Assembly (NCBI GenBank): GCA_048938105.1
Contig: JBHLMN010000005.1
Coordinates: 207,036-239,035, forward strand
From: Promethearchaeota archaeon
Lineage (GTDB): Archaea; Asgardarchaeota; Heimdallarchaeia; Hodarchaeales; Hodarchaeaceae
DNA length: 32,000 bases
Direction of reading: 5' to 3'
The notes beneath the pieces are model-generated. The model was not told the origin of the DNA. It was given only the letters and a program-made list of their open reading frames with translations, and did no database searches. Shown here in pieces: positions 1 through 8,156 of the stretch (position 1 is its first letter; each line of letters begins with the position of its first letter). Position numbers and translations under genes: made by a program.

Positions 1-216
1 TTCTAATTTTTGATAAAAATAATAGTGTTCCTTAATCGAATGAAGTGATGGAAGTTTTAATTCCTCTTGCATTTTTTTGAGAGAATTCCATGTTGAATTT
101 AGAACTTCTTCTGATTCTTTGCCTTTTAAGCTTAACAACCGTCGTAGTTCTTCTTTCAGTTTTTTTTCTTCAAGTAATTGGATTTTGTCTATTGAAGAAC
201 TAGTTTTATTGTTCAT
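1..216 (-). CDS. hypothetical protein, N-terminal 72 codons only (continues past the left edge)
   Basis: Not in the ORF track. Own reverse-complement read from ATG at 216-214: MNNKTSSSIDKIQLLEEKKLKEELRRLLSLKGKESEEVLNSTWNSLKKMQEELKLPSLHSIKEHYYFYQKLE, open to position 1. Charged, coiled-coil-like, no recognisable family. Confidence 0.3.
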   Translation of the reverse strand, partial: MNNKTSSSIDKIQLLEEKKLKEELRRLLSLKGKESEEVLNSTWNSLKKMQEELKLPSLHSIKEHYYFYQKLE

Positions 217-536
217 GAATTCTCATCTACTAAAGAGCTAATGTCTTTCATTGAGATAATCGAAAGAAGAAAAACCTAGAGGTTGCTGAAAAGAAACAGT
301 AGATCAACCGAATACATCATCCTTGAGATGAAAGCATTTTTGATGAGGTAATAGAGTGGATATAACTGTTAGCAGTTAAGACTTATTATTCATATTAGAA
401 TGGATTACAATATCACTAATATTATATAAATCTTTTATTTATGGATACAAAAATCCATCCGACTTAATAAGCTAAAAATTTGATCGAAAGTTTAGATTTC
501 GAGTTCTGAAGCTAATAAATCCAATCGAATCCGTTT

Positions 537-1091
537 TCATCTAATATCTTTTGTTTGAAGATGGTCTTCATTTTCAATCTTTTTTAGCCATTCTCCTCTC
601 CAAAAAAAGAAACAAGATCGATCACAAGGACCATAAGACTCTGTCCCTTGGCAGATGAGTCCTTCTAAGATAAAAATGCCTTTACTTCTCTTTACACTTA
701 AGTCACGTTCATCGACAAATCTCAATACTGGTTTCATTACTCGCTGGATAGTTCCACAGTACTCTTCCATTTCATGCATAAACGCGCAACCCCTGAGTGC
801 TCCCCAACGGTCAAGGGTAGCTCTGATTTCTTCTTTAGATCTCACACGAACCAAATCTCCAGTTTTTAAGCTTTCTATTGTAAGATTTGAAGATGGGATT
901 GCTGGATTATTACTTCTCCTGAAAAATCTTGATGGTAGATTTATCACTTTCTTAATTCTCTGTTTCATACTGTGACTCAAGTGTTTTCTAAGAAACAGTC
1001 TTAGACGGATGCGAATAGGCCGATGAATCTTAATCTTCCCCTCAGACATTATGTTAATACAATGAAGTTGGCAATTATGAATTTTATTCAT
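537..1091 (-). CDS. conserved hypothetical Cys-containing protein
   Basis: 184-aa track ORF. The C-terminal ~110 aa look globular (GDLVRVRSKEEIRATLD ... GLICQG ... GPCDRSCFFFWRGEWLKKI). The N-terminus is Arg/Lys-rich, so the true start may be an internal Met (MSEGK or MKQRIKK). Confidence 0.5.
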   Translation of the reverse strand: MNKIHNCQLHCINIMSEGKIKIHRPIRIRLRLFLRKHLSHSMKQRIKKVINLPSRFFRRSNNPAIPSSNLTIESLKTGDLVRVRSKEEIRATLDRWGALRGCAFMHEMEEYCGTIQRVMKPVLRFVDERDLSVKRSKGIFILEGLICQGTESYGPCDRSCFFFWRGEWLKKIENEDHLQTKDIR

Positions 1092-1304
1092 GTAATAGCT
1101 CTCCTATTCTTCAAAACCGATATTATATTTAGATTTTTTACAAATGAGTACTATAAAACTCTTAATGTCATAGAATACGTTTTCCTATTATATTTATTTT
1201 CACTTCGAAGAGATTTTCGAGGGATAAATGAAACAATATTCAGAGGAGAAATTCTACATAATTGAGAATCAAATATATCTAAATGTCCAGATGGCATAAT
1301 AGAG

Positions 1305-2822
1305 TTACTTTAACAAAAATTTGGAGTCATCATCAGATAATATTCCTTTTTTTTTAAATGTGATCAATAAAATGCTAAGGAAGAAAAAAATATGTGAGAT
1401 ATCAGAGAATGGACTAGTATGATTAGATGTTGTTGTAGACATCTTTGAAGTGGTGTTATTACTTACTCCAGTTTTTGTTTCGGTAGATTGGCAGGATGGT
1501 AAACTATCAATATTTTTTTGTACTCCTTCAATAATGGTGATGTCAATGCTAGTGGAAGGTCCCGAGCCTCTCTCTTCAGGGGCAATTGGTGTATTTTCAG
1601 AGATGTAACTAGTGATTAGATACGCCTCATCAATTAATGAACCTGAAAATGACTCAGTTATTGTACTTGTTTCCAAATAATGTACGTTTTGATTGACATA
1701 CCAACCATGAGAATCATGTACAGCAAGGGAAATCCCAATCACATCCTGTGGGACCTTATTAATGATGACTGTAAAGTTATTCGGTGGAGCTTCTAGTTTG
1801 TGAATATAAAACGCATAATGATTGACAGAGATGGTTTTATTAGCTAGTGGTAGTTTATCCACTACTTCATAATTAGTGATTCGGGCATCAAATCCTTCAA
1901 ATCCAAACAGATTATTCTGAAAACCTAATTCATCTAGAGTAAGAGTAGTAATCCAGTTCATAAAAAGCTCATTAAATGTTATATCATAACCTGCTGCATG
2001 TAGAACTGTTTCAATTCCATGAGGGCCATCATCAGGTTCGGTTATCAGGTCTCGAAGAATATCTACCCCATATTTTTCAGCAATATAGAAAGCAAAAAGA
2101 TATGCACTTCCATAATCTTGGTCATCAGTCCAATATAATGGTGAATTTTCAGGATGAGGTAAATAAAAAGCAACTTGGGGAACGAGATTATTATATGGAC
2201 CTAAATACCCTGCATGATAAGTTGCATATTGAGCTAGTGCTTCCAAGGTAAATGGTGGTTCACCCCAATCATTATTAAACCAAATAAGATGATGAAATTC
2301 ATGAGCCATTGTTGCATATAACCAATCATGATGATAAAGTCTGTAACAAATGTAAATCATTTCACAAAGATTAGAAACATTATGTTCTATGTCATTAACT
2401 TCAGAATAGTAATTGTAATTGTCAAGAAATAAGATGTAGATTCTCGGATCACCATCGATATCTCCCATCGTCCCATTGGGATGGCCAGCCAGGTCAATTA
2501 TACGGGGATATATTACATTGTCAAATTCATAGCAAATTTCTTCCACCTTTGCCATGATAGAATTCTCTCCCAGTTTTGGTATACACTCTTCTTCCATATA
2601 AATGTAACACCAGTCACCAATTGCAAGTAACCTAGAGTTTACTTCCCAATATTCTTTTTTGATATAATTATATGTCCAAAATACTCGTTCTTCTTCAGGT
2701 TCCTTACTCATTGTTGAATTATTAAGAGTAATTGCTAAATTGACCTTATTAGTAACGATGGGGAGGGAGATAATAGTGGAGATCATACATAAAACGATAA
2801 TATGTGATTTAGTCATATACAT
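1305..2822 (-). CDS. secreted, C-terminally membrane-anchored zinc metallopeptidase (HExxH, gluzincin-like)
   Basis: N-terminal hydrophobic signal/anchor. Zinc site MAHEFHHLIW with a Glu about 20 aa downstream (EALAQY). Ser/Thr-rich stalk (TETKTGVSNNTTSKMSTTTSNHTS), then a C-terminal TM helix (IFFFLSILLITF) followed by KKKG. Confidence 0.75.
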   Translation of the reverse strand: MYMTKSHIIVLCMISTIISLPIVTNKVNLAITLNNSTMSKEPEEERVFWTYNYIKKEYWEVNSRLLAIGDWCYIYMEEECIPKLGENSIMAKVEEICYEFDNVIYPRIIDLAGHPNGTMGDIDGDPRIYILFLDNYNYYSEVNDIEHNVSNLCEMIYICYRLYHHDWLYATMAHEFHHLIWFNNDWGEPPFTLEALAQYATYHAGYLGPYNNLVPQVAFYLPHPENSPLYWTDDQDYGSAYLFAFYIAEKYGVDILRDLITEPDDGPHGIETVLHAAGYDITFNELFMNWITTLTLDELGFQNNLFGFEGFDARITNYEVVDKLPLANKTISVNHYAFYIHKLEAPPNNFTVIINKVPQDVIGISLAVHDSHGWYVNQNVHYLETSTITESFSGSLIDEAYLITSYISENTPIAPEERGSGPSTSIDITIIEGVQKNIDSLPSCQSTETKTGVSNNTTSKMSTTTSNHTSPFSDISHIFFFLSILLITFKKKGILSDDDSKFLLK

Positions 2823-3197
2823 GATATTTCACATAATCCATGAGACACAAATTGAATAAAAAAACATTAATAACATCTAATAGAAAAACTGTAGACTTTT
2901 TTAATCCTATAGATTGGTGCAAAATGTTTAATCACTATTCAGAAGGAAAAAAGTGTTCTAATTTAGAGAACAGGCTGTTTCATTCTATAGGACACATTTC
3001 TAGGCTTATTGTGATTTATCCTCTAGTAGATAGATAATAAGTATTTTTACAAAAATAATTTTCACATGCACCAAATATGGAAAATGAATCGCATAAGGTT
3101 AAATAAACGTGAAGTTGGCTACTTTAAATCTAAAAATATACTCCTAATTTTGTGTCGAAATATGTGGGAATACATTGAATCTTTGGAAGCTATTACG

Positions 3198-3587
3198 TTA
3201 TAATGGTAAATAGTGACGTATAGAAGCCACCAATAATTCAAAATCATCGAATTCAGCACTTCTGAAAGGCTTTAACAATAGTTTTTCCTTATATAGTTGT
3301 TCAAATTGTCTTTCTAGATATTGAGAGATAGCTTGAGTAATAAAATTCTTCTCTGTGACAATTAATACACAGGATACTTCGCGTCCTCTTGCTGTTATTA
3401 TGTTTTTATCACCGAAAGATATCTGGTTTCGTTTATGATACCAATTATCTGTAGTAATATTTCTTGATATAGAACAGACACATCCAGTATGTCGAAAAAG
3501 GCCAGATTACTCGCTAGAATTCAGAACAGAATCTTTCTCGGTGGTATTCTCTTTTTTCACCTCTCTTCTCATAAACTTCAGAATCAT
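3198..3587 (-). pseudogene. 130-codon frame interrupted by one in-frame TAA (3507-3509); possible decayed small alpha/beta protein gene
   Basis: Own read: ATG 3587, 26 codons, TAA, then 102 sense codons with no ATG/GTG and only late TTG, ending at TAA 3198-3200. Absent from the track because there is no usable start after the stop. Confidence 0.25.
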
Positions 3588-3598
3588 ACTTTACTCTC

Positions 3599-4465
3599 TC
3601 ATATAACCAGTAGAATAGCCCCAAATACCATGAATACCATACCAGGTATTCGTTCTTTGATCTCCTCCTTTAAAATTAACTTGGCTAGGAAGGCGGTTAC
3701 AAAAACTGATAATAATGATGCAGGTTCAGCAACTGTTACTTCTAATCCTACTATAGCAATTAATAGCATTACATATGCCCATCCATTTGATAGACCAGCT
3801 AGAATAATTGTTTTGAGGTTATTTCTAAAAGCAAGAATGCCATCATAATACCTTCTGGTAAAGATTGCTATTACAAAGAACATTAATCCAGCAAAGAAAA
3901 GGATTGAGAAAGCATAAACTCTTGAATCTATCGTTCTAATGGCATAAGTATCCACTGTTCTTCCAAGAGCTAAAAAGAATGAACCACTTATCATCAATAA
4001 CGATGCCCTTGATGTTTTTATCTTTTGGATTTTTTCGGTAATTTTTCCAGGATATAAGCAGAAAACTCCAATGAACATCGTGATCCCCCCTAATACTCGA
4101 AATACTCCTACATTCTCTCCTAGAAGAAATAAACCTAACACTAATAACCATAATAGTGATGAATTATAGAGAGGAGCAATTAACGAAGCGTCCTCCTCTG
4201 ACAAGGCTTTCACATAGGCAAAAAAACCAAAGGTGTAAATGATAGAACTGATAAATGCGAACTTTAAATCCTCTAATCCTGTAAGAAGTACTTCTATAGG
4301 GATGAACACAAAAATTGGTAATAAGAATAATGCTCCTGTTAAAAAGAAGATAGCACTGATTATTAACGAATCATATTCTTCAAGTTGTTTTAGAAAAATT
4401 CTTTCAGCACCTAACAAAAAGATCCGAAGTGATAGGGCAATAAATGAAATTATTACAATATCCAA
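3599..4465 (-). CDS. EamA/DMT-superfamily transporter (about 10 TM)
   Basis: 288 aa, almost entirely hydrophobic helices in two similar halves. Helix-end motifs typical of EamA repeats (LWLLVLGLFLLGE, FLAKLILKEE). Confidence 0.8.
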   Translation of the reverse strand: MDIVIISFIALSLRIFLLGAERIFLKQLEEYDSLIISAIFFLTGALFLLPIFVFIPIEVLLTGLEDLKFAFISSIIYTFGFFAYVKALSEEDASLIAPLYNSSLLWLLVLGLFLLGENVGVFRVLGGITMFIGVFCLYPGKITEKIQKIKTSRASLLMISGSFFLALGRTVDTYAIRTIDSRVYAFSILFFAGLMFFVIAIFTRRYYDGILAFRNNLKTIILAGLSNGWAYVMLLIAIVGLEVTVAEPASLLSVFVTAFLAKLILKEEIKERIPGMVFMVFGAILLVI

Positions 4466-4524
4466 ATCAAAATCTTCCTAAAAATCATCAATAAGTCACT
4501 AAAAGTTGACATATTAGGATTAGG

Positions 4525-4550
4525 AAAAAAAAATCGGTTGCATAAGCAAC
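4525..4550. promoter_or_regulatory. A9 run + GTTGC-ATAA-GCAAC palindrome (copy 1): operator candidate, or on the minus strand a hairpin + T-run terminator
   Basis: Read directly: AAAAAAAAATCGGTTGCATAAGCAAC. It lies 60-85 bp upstream of the EamA start (4465) and about 170 nt downstream of the HTH gene stop (4717). Near-identical block at 5511-5536. Confidence 0.5.
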
Positions 4551-4716
4551 TATGTTAAAAAGCAGTAATAAATGTCAACCAAAGCTTCTTAAAGGGGAAT
4601 AATTTCTGATTAAGTTATAAAAAATTGTCCATTTGAAAATTACTTACTATATGGCCATGCCTGTGATAAAATAATGATGTTACGTGGCTAAATCGGCAAT
4701 CAAAGATGCTAGGAAT

Positions 4717-5406
4717 TCAATTCTCGGCTGAACTTTTCTTTAATAAAAGATATGGCATTAAGGATGTGAATAACTTGTTTTCTGCTTTTCGTAAAGTCTT
4801 TTCAACAGCATATCTAGAAACCTTAAATTCGTCCGCAAGATCTTGAGTTCTAATTCTCCGTGGAATTTCATAATAACCTTTTTCAAAAGCTCCAATAAGA
4901 ATCAATAGTTGATGTACAGTCAAATCGCTGGTTAATTCTGCTATAGAAATCATTTGGGAGGGAAATATTCCTTCAGATTCTAATTCCTTTATGGAAATAA
5001 TCTTTGTTTTGGGATATGTTTGCAATACTTGTACCACTGAGGATAAAATGGAGTTATCTAAGCATACGATTTGATAATGGCTCCATCCTCCCGAATATCT
5101 TATTGGATAAATCGATATACCTCCCTGTTGTTGAATCTGTGAATTAATTGTTTTATCACAAAGACATTTCATACTAATATACGAAATTGTTGTCGGATTA
5201 CTATCAATCGTCGTAATTTTCCAATCATGAGTATTTGGATAAAGATTGTTGGCTATTTCCATATTTTTTTCGTTAATCTCACCTGGAATCATTAGTATAT
5301 CGAATTTTGAATTGCAGTATCCATAAATCTCTTTCATTAAGAAGGATTTTGAAAAATTAAGATGAGGAGAATCGTGTTGAATTTTAATCCGGAGTTCTAT
5401 TACCAT
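4717..5406 (-). CDS. HTH_10 (bacterio-opsin activator/Bat-type) transcriptional regulator
   Basis: The C-terminal segment LTVHQLLILIGAFEKGYYEIPRRIRTQDLADEFKVSRYAVEKTLRKAENKL matches the archaeal HTH_10 pattern (LT..Q...L..A...GY...PR......LA.......S......LR.AE.KL). The N-terminal ~160 aa is an uncharacterised putative sensor domain. Confidence 0.75.
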   Translation of the reverse strand: MVIELRIKIQHDSPHLNFSKSFLMKEIYGYCNSKFDILMIPGEINEKNMEIANNLYPNTHDWKITTIDSNPTTISYISMKCLCDKTINSQIQQQGGISIYPIRYSGGWSHYQIVCLDNSILSSVVQVLQTYPKTKIISIKELESEGIFPSQMISIAELTSDLTVHQLLILIGAFEKGYYEIPRRIRTQDLADEFKVSRYAVEKTLRKAENKLFTSLMPYLLLKKSSAEN

Positions 5407-5510
5407 AAATCAATCCCTATCTAGAAATTAATTTTCGATTCAAAAATCATGTCAAAGCGGCAAATCTACTAATTCTAATTCCTTAATCAATAATTATTTT
5501 TCAAGACTTG

Positions 5511-5536
5511 AAAAAAAAGCGGTTGCTTATGCAACC
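5511..5536. promoter_or_regulatory. A8 run + GGTTGC-TTAT-GCAACC palindrome (copy 2)
   Basis: Read directly: AAAAAAAAGCGGTTGCTTATGCAACC, followed by ATAATATAAG. It lies in the 508-bp divergent region between the HTH regulator (start 5406, minus) and the MttB homologue (start 5915, plus). Confidence 0.5.
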
Positions 5537-5881
5537 ATAATATAAGATTACTTAAAAGATTACATTCAAAAAAAGGTGAAACGTTAATTCATTCTGAGGT
5601 GCTGCTGGTTTTTTTAAGGTGAACATAATAAGAATTTGAGCTCTCTCTCCTCTCTTTAAGACTGGTTAGATATGAAAAAGGTATAAAAGTGGATTACTGA
5701 TAATGAAACAGTAAAACAGGACACATATACTATGAACCTTCGCTTTATTAACAAAGATAGGACGGACAGAATGAGAGAAATCTTCAGAATGAATTCTATA
5801 ATAGGTAATTCCAGAATCAAACTCTAGCAAATAACACACAAAATTATCATCACTTTCTCTTTTCTCTTACTTCTACGGAAA

Positions 5882-5890
5882 TTTTTATAA
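5882..5890 (+). promoter_or_regulatory. TATA-box-like element for the MttB-family gene (near-leaderless transcript predicted)
   Basis: TTTTTATAA centred about 29 nt upstream of ATG 5915. No Shine-Dalgarno in between. The spacing fits an archaeal TATA-to-TSS distance with a start at or near the ATG. Confidence 0.3.
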
Positions 5891-5914
5891 TGTCACGGAA
5901 TTCTTGGATTATTT

Positions 5915-7345
5915 ATGTTAAAATTGTCCATTTTAACCCAACAAGAACAAGATTCAATTCATACCGCTGCGTTAAAGGTATTAAAAACCGTTGGTTGTGA
6001 GATTCAAGACAAGAAATGGCTGAGTCTTTTAGCGAAAAATGGAGTAAAAGTCGATTATACAACTTCGAGGGTTTTTATAACTGATGAAGACATTGTTAAC
6101 TCCTCACTTGAATCTTGTGGTCACTCGATTAAATATGCAGCTAGAGATCCCCAAAAAGATTGGATTATAGGCCAAGGAGTGGCTAAAACCCATACACCAG
6201 AAGGTATAACTCATGTCATAGAATTGGAATCAAGATGTCACCGAGAAGCCCAATTATCTGATCTAGCAGATATTACAAAAATTTGTGACTTTCTTTCCAA
6301 TGTCGATGGTATAATTGATCCTGTTGTTCCTTATGATGTTCCTCCTGCTATACAAAGTGTCATAATAACAAAGACACTGATAGAAAATACAACAAAACCA
6401 ATTGATCCAGCAGGGATCGCTTTGAAGAAAGGATTTCCTTTTGTTATGCAGATGCTTACTACTCTCCTTGGAGATCGAGATATATCAGAATACAGCTTAG
6501 GTGTTGGTGTTACCGCTACAAGTCCATTATTATTTCCATTTGACCAATTAGATACCTATTGGCAAGGAATTGAGCTAGGATCATCCTGTGATGTAGGTTC
6601 GATGCCACAGGCAGGATCGACTGCTCCTGCCTCTCTAGCAGGAACATTAACGTTGTTTGTCGCTGAAATATTAATGGGACTCATTATGGGACAGATAAAA
6701 AAGCCTGGATTATCTCAATTTGTATTTGTACGACCGTGCCTTTCGAATCCACGTTTTGGGATATTTAATTCAGGTCCGCCCGAGGTTGGATTGCTCCAGG
6801 CGGCAGCCACTCAATTCTGTAAGGAAAAATACGGCCTTCTTGTTAATGCAGGTTGGGGTGTAAGTGATTCCCATTGTATTAGTCCCCAAGTAGCCTATGA
6901 AAAATGCTATATTTGGATGATGTCATTAGCTGCTGGTGCAGATATGATTTCGGGTGTTGGAGGCCTCGGTAGTGGGTTAATATCTTCTCCTGCACAAGTT
7001 GTTATTGATGATGAGATTATTGCTCACCTTAGACGAGGTGTTCAAGGAATTACCGTGGATGATTTCCATTTAGGCGTAGAGATGATTGAAGACACTGGTA
7101 TCGGGAACACATTTCTTTTTCATCCAAAAACAAGCCAGATTATTAGGGAAGAATGGCTATTATCTGAACTACCAAGTCGGAATTCTTTTAGTACTTGGCA
7201 AAATGCAGGTGCTCTAGATCTAATTAGTAGAGCAGAAAAGAAGGCAAAAGAAATTCTTGCGAATCATGAGGTAGAAGCATTGGATCCCAGTCTAGAAGAA
7301 GATCTTAACTGTATCCTTAAAGAAGCCAAAAGAACGTTACTATAG
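5915..7345 (+). CDS. mttB: MttB-superfamily (trimethylamine methyltransferase-like) methyltransferase, non-pyrrolysine type
   Basis: 476 aa. N-terminus LSILTQQEQDSIHTAALKVLKTVGCEI...KNGVKVD is typical of the MttB family (L...Q...IH.A.L.IL...G). Length is right for the TIM-barrel. The frame is uninterrupted, with no in-frame TAG. Confidence 0.8.
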   Translation: MLKLSILTQQEQDSIHTAALKVLKTVGCEIQDKKWLSLLAKNGVKVDYTTSRVFITDEDIVNSSLESCGHSIKYAARDPQKDWIIGQGVAKTHTPEGITHVIELESRCHREAQLSDLADITKICDFLSNVDGIIDPVVPYDVPPAIQSVIITKTLIENTTKPIDPAGIALKKGFPFVMQMLTTLLGDRDISEYSLGVGVTATSPLLFPFDQLDTYWQGIELGSSCDVGSMPQAGSTAPASLAGTLTLFVAEILMGLIMGQIKKPGLSQFVFVRPCLSNPRFGIFNSGPPEVGLLQAAATQFCKEKYGLLVNAGWGVSDSHCISPQVAYEKCYIWMMSLAAGADMISGVGGLGSGLISSPAQVVIDDEIIAHLRRGVQGITVDDFHLGVEMIEDTGIGNTFLFHPKTSQIIREEWLLSELPSRNSFSTWQNAGALDLISRAEKKAKEILANHEVEALDPSLEEDLNCILKEAKRTLL

Positions 7346-8156
7346 GAAAAGATACTGGACTCTAGAAATAAATTTTAAACCTTACATTAAGAAAATACTT
7401 GAAAAACCTAACTTTTCCTTAATCATTACTCTTTTAATAAAAAAACCATTTCTTAAACATGATTTGATTGGATGGACTACATAAACCAACTCTAGATGAA
7501 CACCACTTAATTCATCAAAAAGTGTCTGAATTCTTCTTATCATGATTAATTGACTTGAATCTTTAAGTATGCAAAAATTAATACTGTTGAAATTTTAGTA
7601 CTAAATTGAAATCAAGAATAGGAACATCAGGAATTATAAAACTCTATCTATCCTAGAATTATAGTTGATGTACTTATCTTCTAGCGAATACCATATGGTT
7701 AGCCTTATAAAGGAAGAAAGATTACATTGTAACTGAAAATATAATGATTAAAAATTCGAATAAACCTCAGAATGAAGGAGATATCACAGATATTATAGAA
7801 GTACTAGAATTTCTAAATTATGACGGTACAATAAGCTTTCATGATATAGATTCCACTGTAGCAGTTCATTAACATACAATATCATTTTTATAGTTAGGAA
7901 GGAGCATTTTTGCAGTTATTATCCCTACTGATTATGATTTTCAAATATAAATCTCTGGAAAATCCAATCTAGGCTTTCATAGCAGCTATACTCAATGTCA
8001 GAAAAAGCTGGATTATATTGTAATGGTAAATGGTGATACCAAAAGTATTAGGTAAATCTTCTTAAAATTACTCCAGAGGAAATTTAAGAAGCTCTTTGGA
8101 TTGGTTGTTCTCCTGATGTGAGAATTATCACATCATAAAGAGTTTAAATGCTGGAA

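Noticed and set aside
655-975. Other track ORFs overlapping or antisense to better-supported genes (655-975, 1976-2251, 8371-8556, 16853-17098, 23875-24096, 27298-27483, 27830-28039, 29146-29334, 29940-30122)
   Set aside because: Each lies within a longer ORF that has family-level motifs. None has an SD or recognisable motif.
1023-1265. Intergenic track ORFs 1023-1265 (+), 2840-3037 (+), 22891-23079 (-), 26675-26899 (-)
   Set aside because: They are short and lack SD or motif. They overlap neighbouring gene ends or promoter regions, and their composition is consistent with chance frames in AT-rich DNA. I cannot exclude that one is real.
3196-3220. Similarity between TATAATGGTAAATAGTGACG (3196-3215) and TGTAATGGTAAATGGTGATA (8018-8037); both read ...H(Y/H)LPL on the minus strand
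   Set aside because: Only about 16/20 nt match and there is no extended flank similarity. It could be chance or a tiny relic, and is insufficient for a repeat-family claim.
3488-3510. Weak fourth match to the 27-nt motif (TCGAAAAAGGCCAGATTAC versus TCGCAAAAGGCTGGATTAAC)
   Set aside because: Only about 14/19 identical, and in a different reading frame relative to the KGWINT reading. I treat it as coincidence.
3489-3848. 119-aa plus-strand ORF overlapping the 3' end of the EamA gene (also 3936-4151 and 4239-4481)
   Set aside because: These are shadow ORFs opposite or within the well-supported transporter frame. No motifs.
5915-7345. Checked the MttB-family gene for an in-frame amber codon (pyrrolysine)
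   Set aside because: The frame is continuous for 476 codons with no internal TAG. No pylTSBCD genes are in the window, so there is no evidence for Pyl decoding here.
7382-7543. 53-aa minus-strand ORF (MIRRIQTLFDELSGVHLELVYVVHPIKSCLRNGFFIKRVMIKEKLGFSSIFLM) and a 42-aa plus-strand ORF at 7744-7872, in the 811-bp gap after the MttB gene
   Set aside because: No SD or recognisable motif. Such lengths are expected by chance here. Worth a blast, but not supportable from sequence alone.
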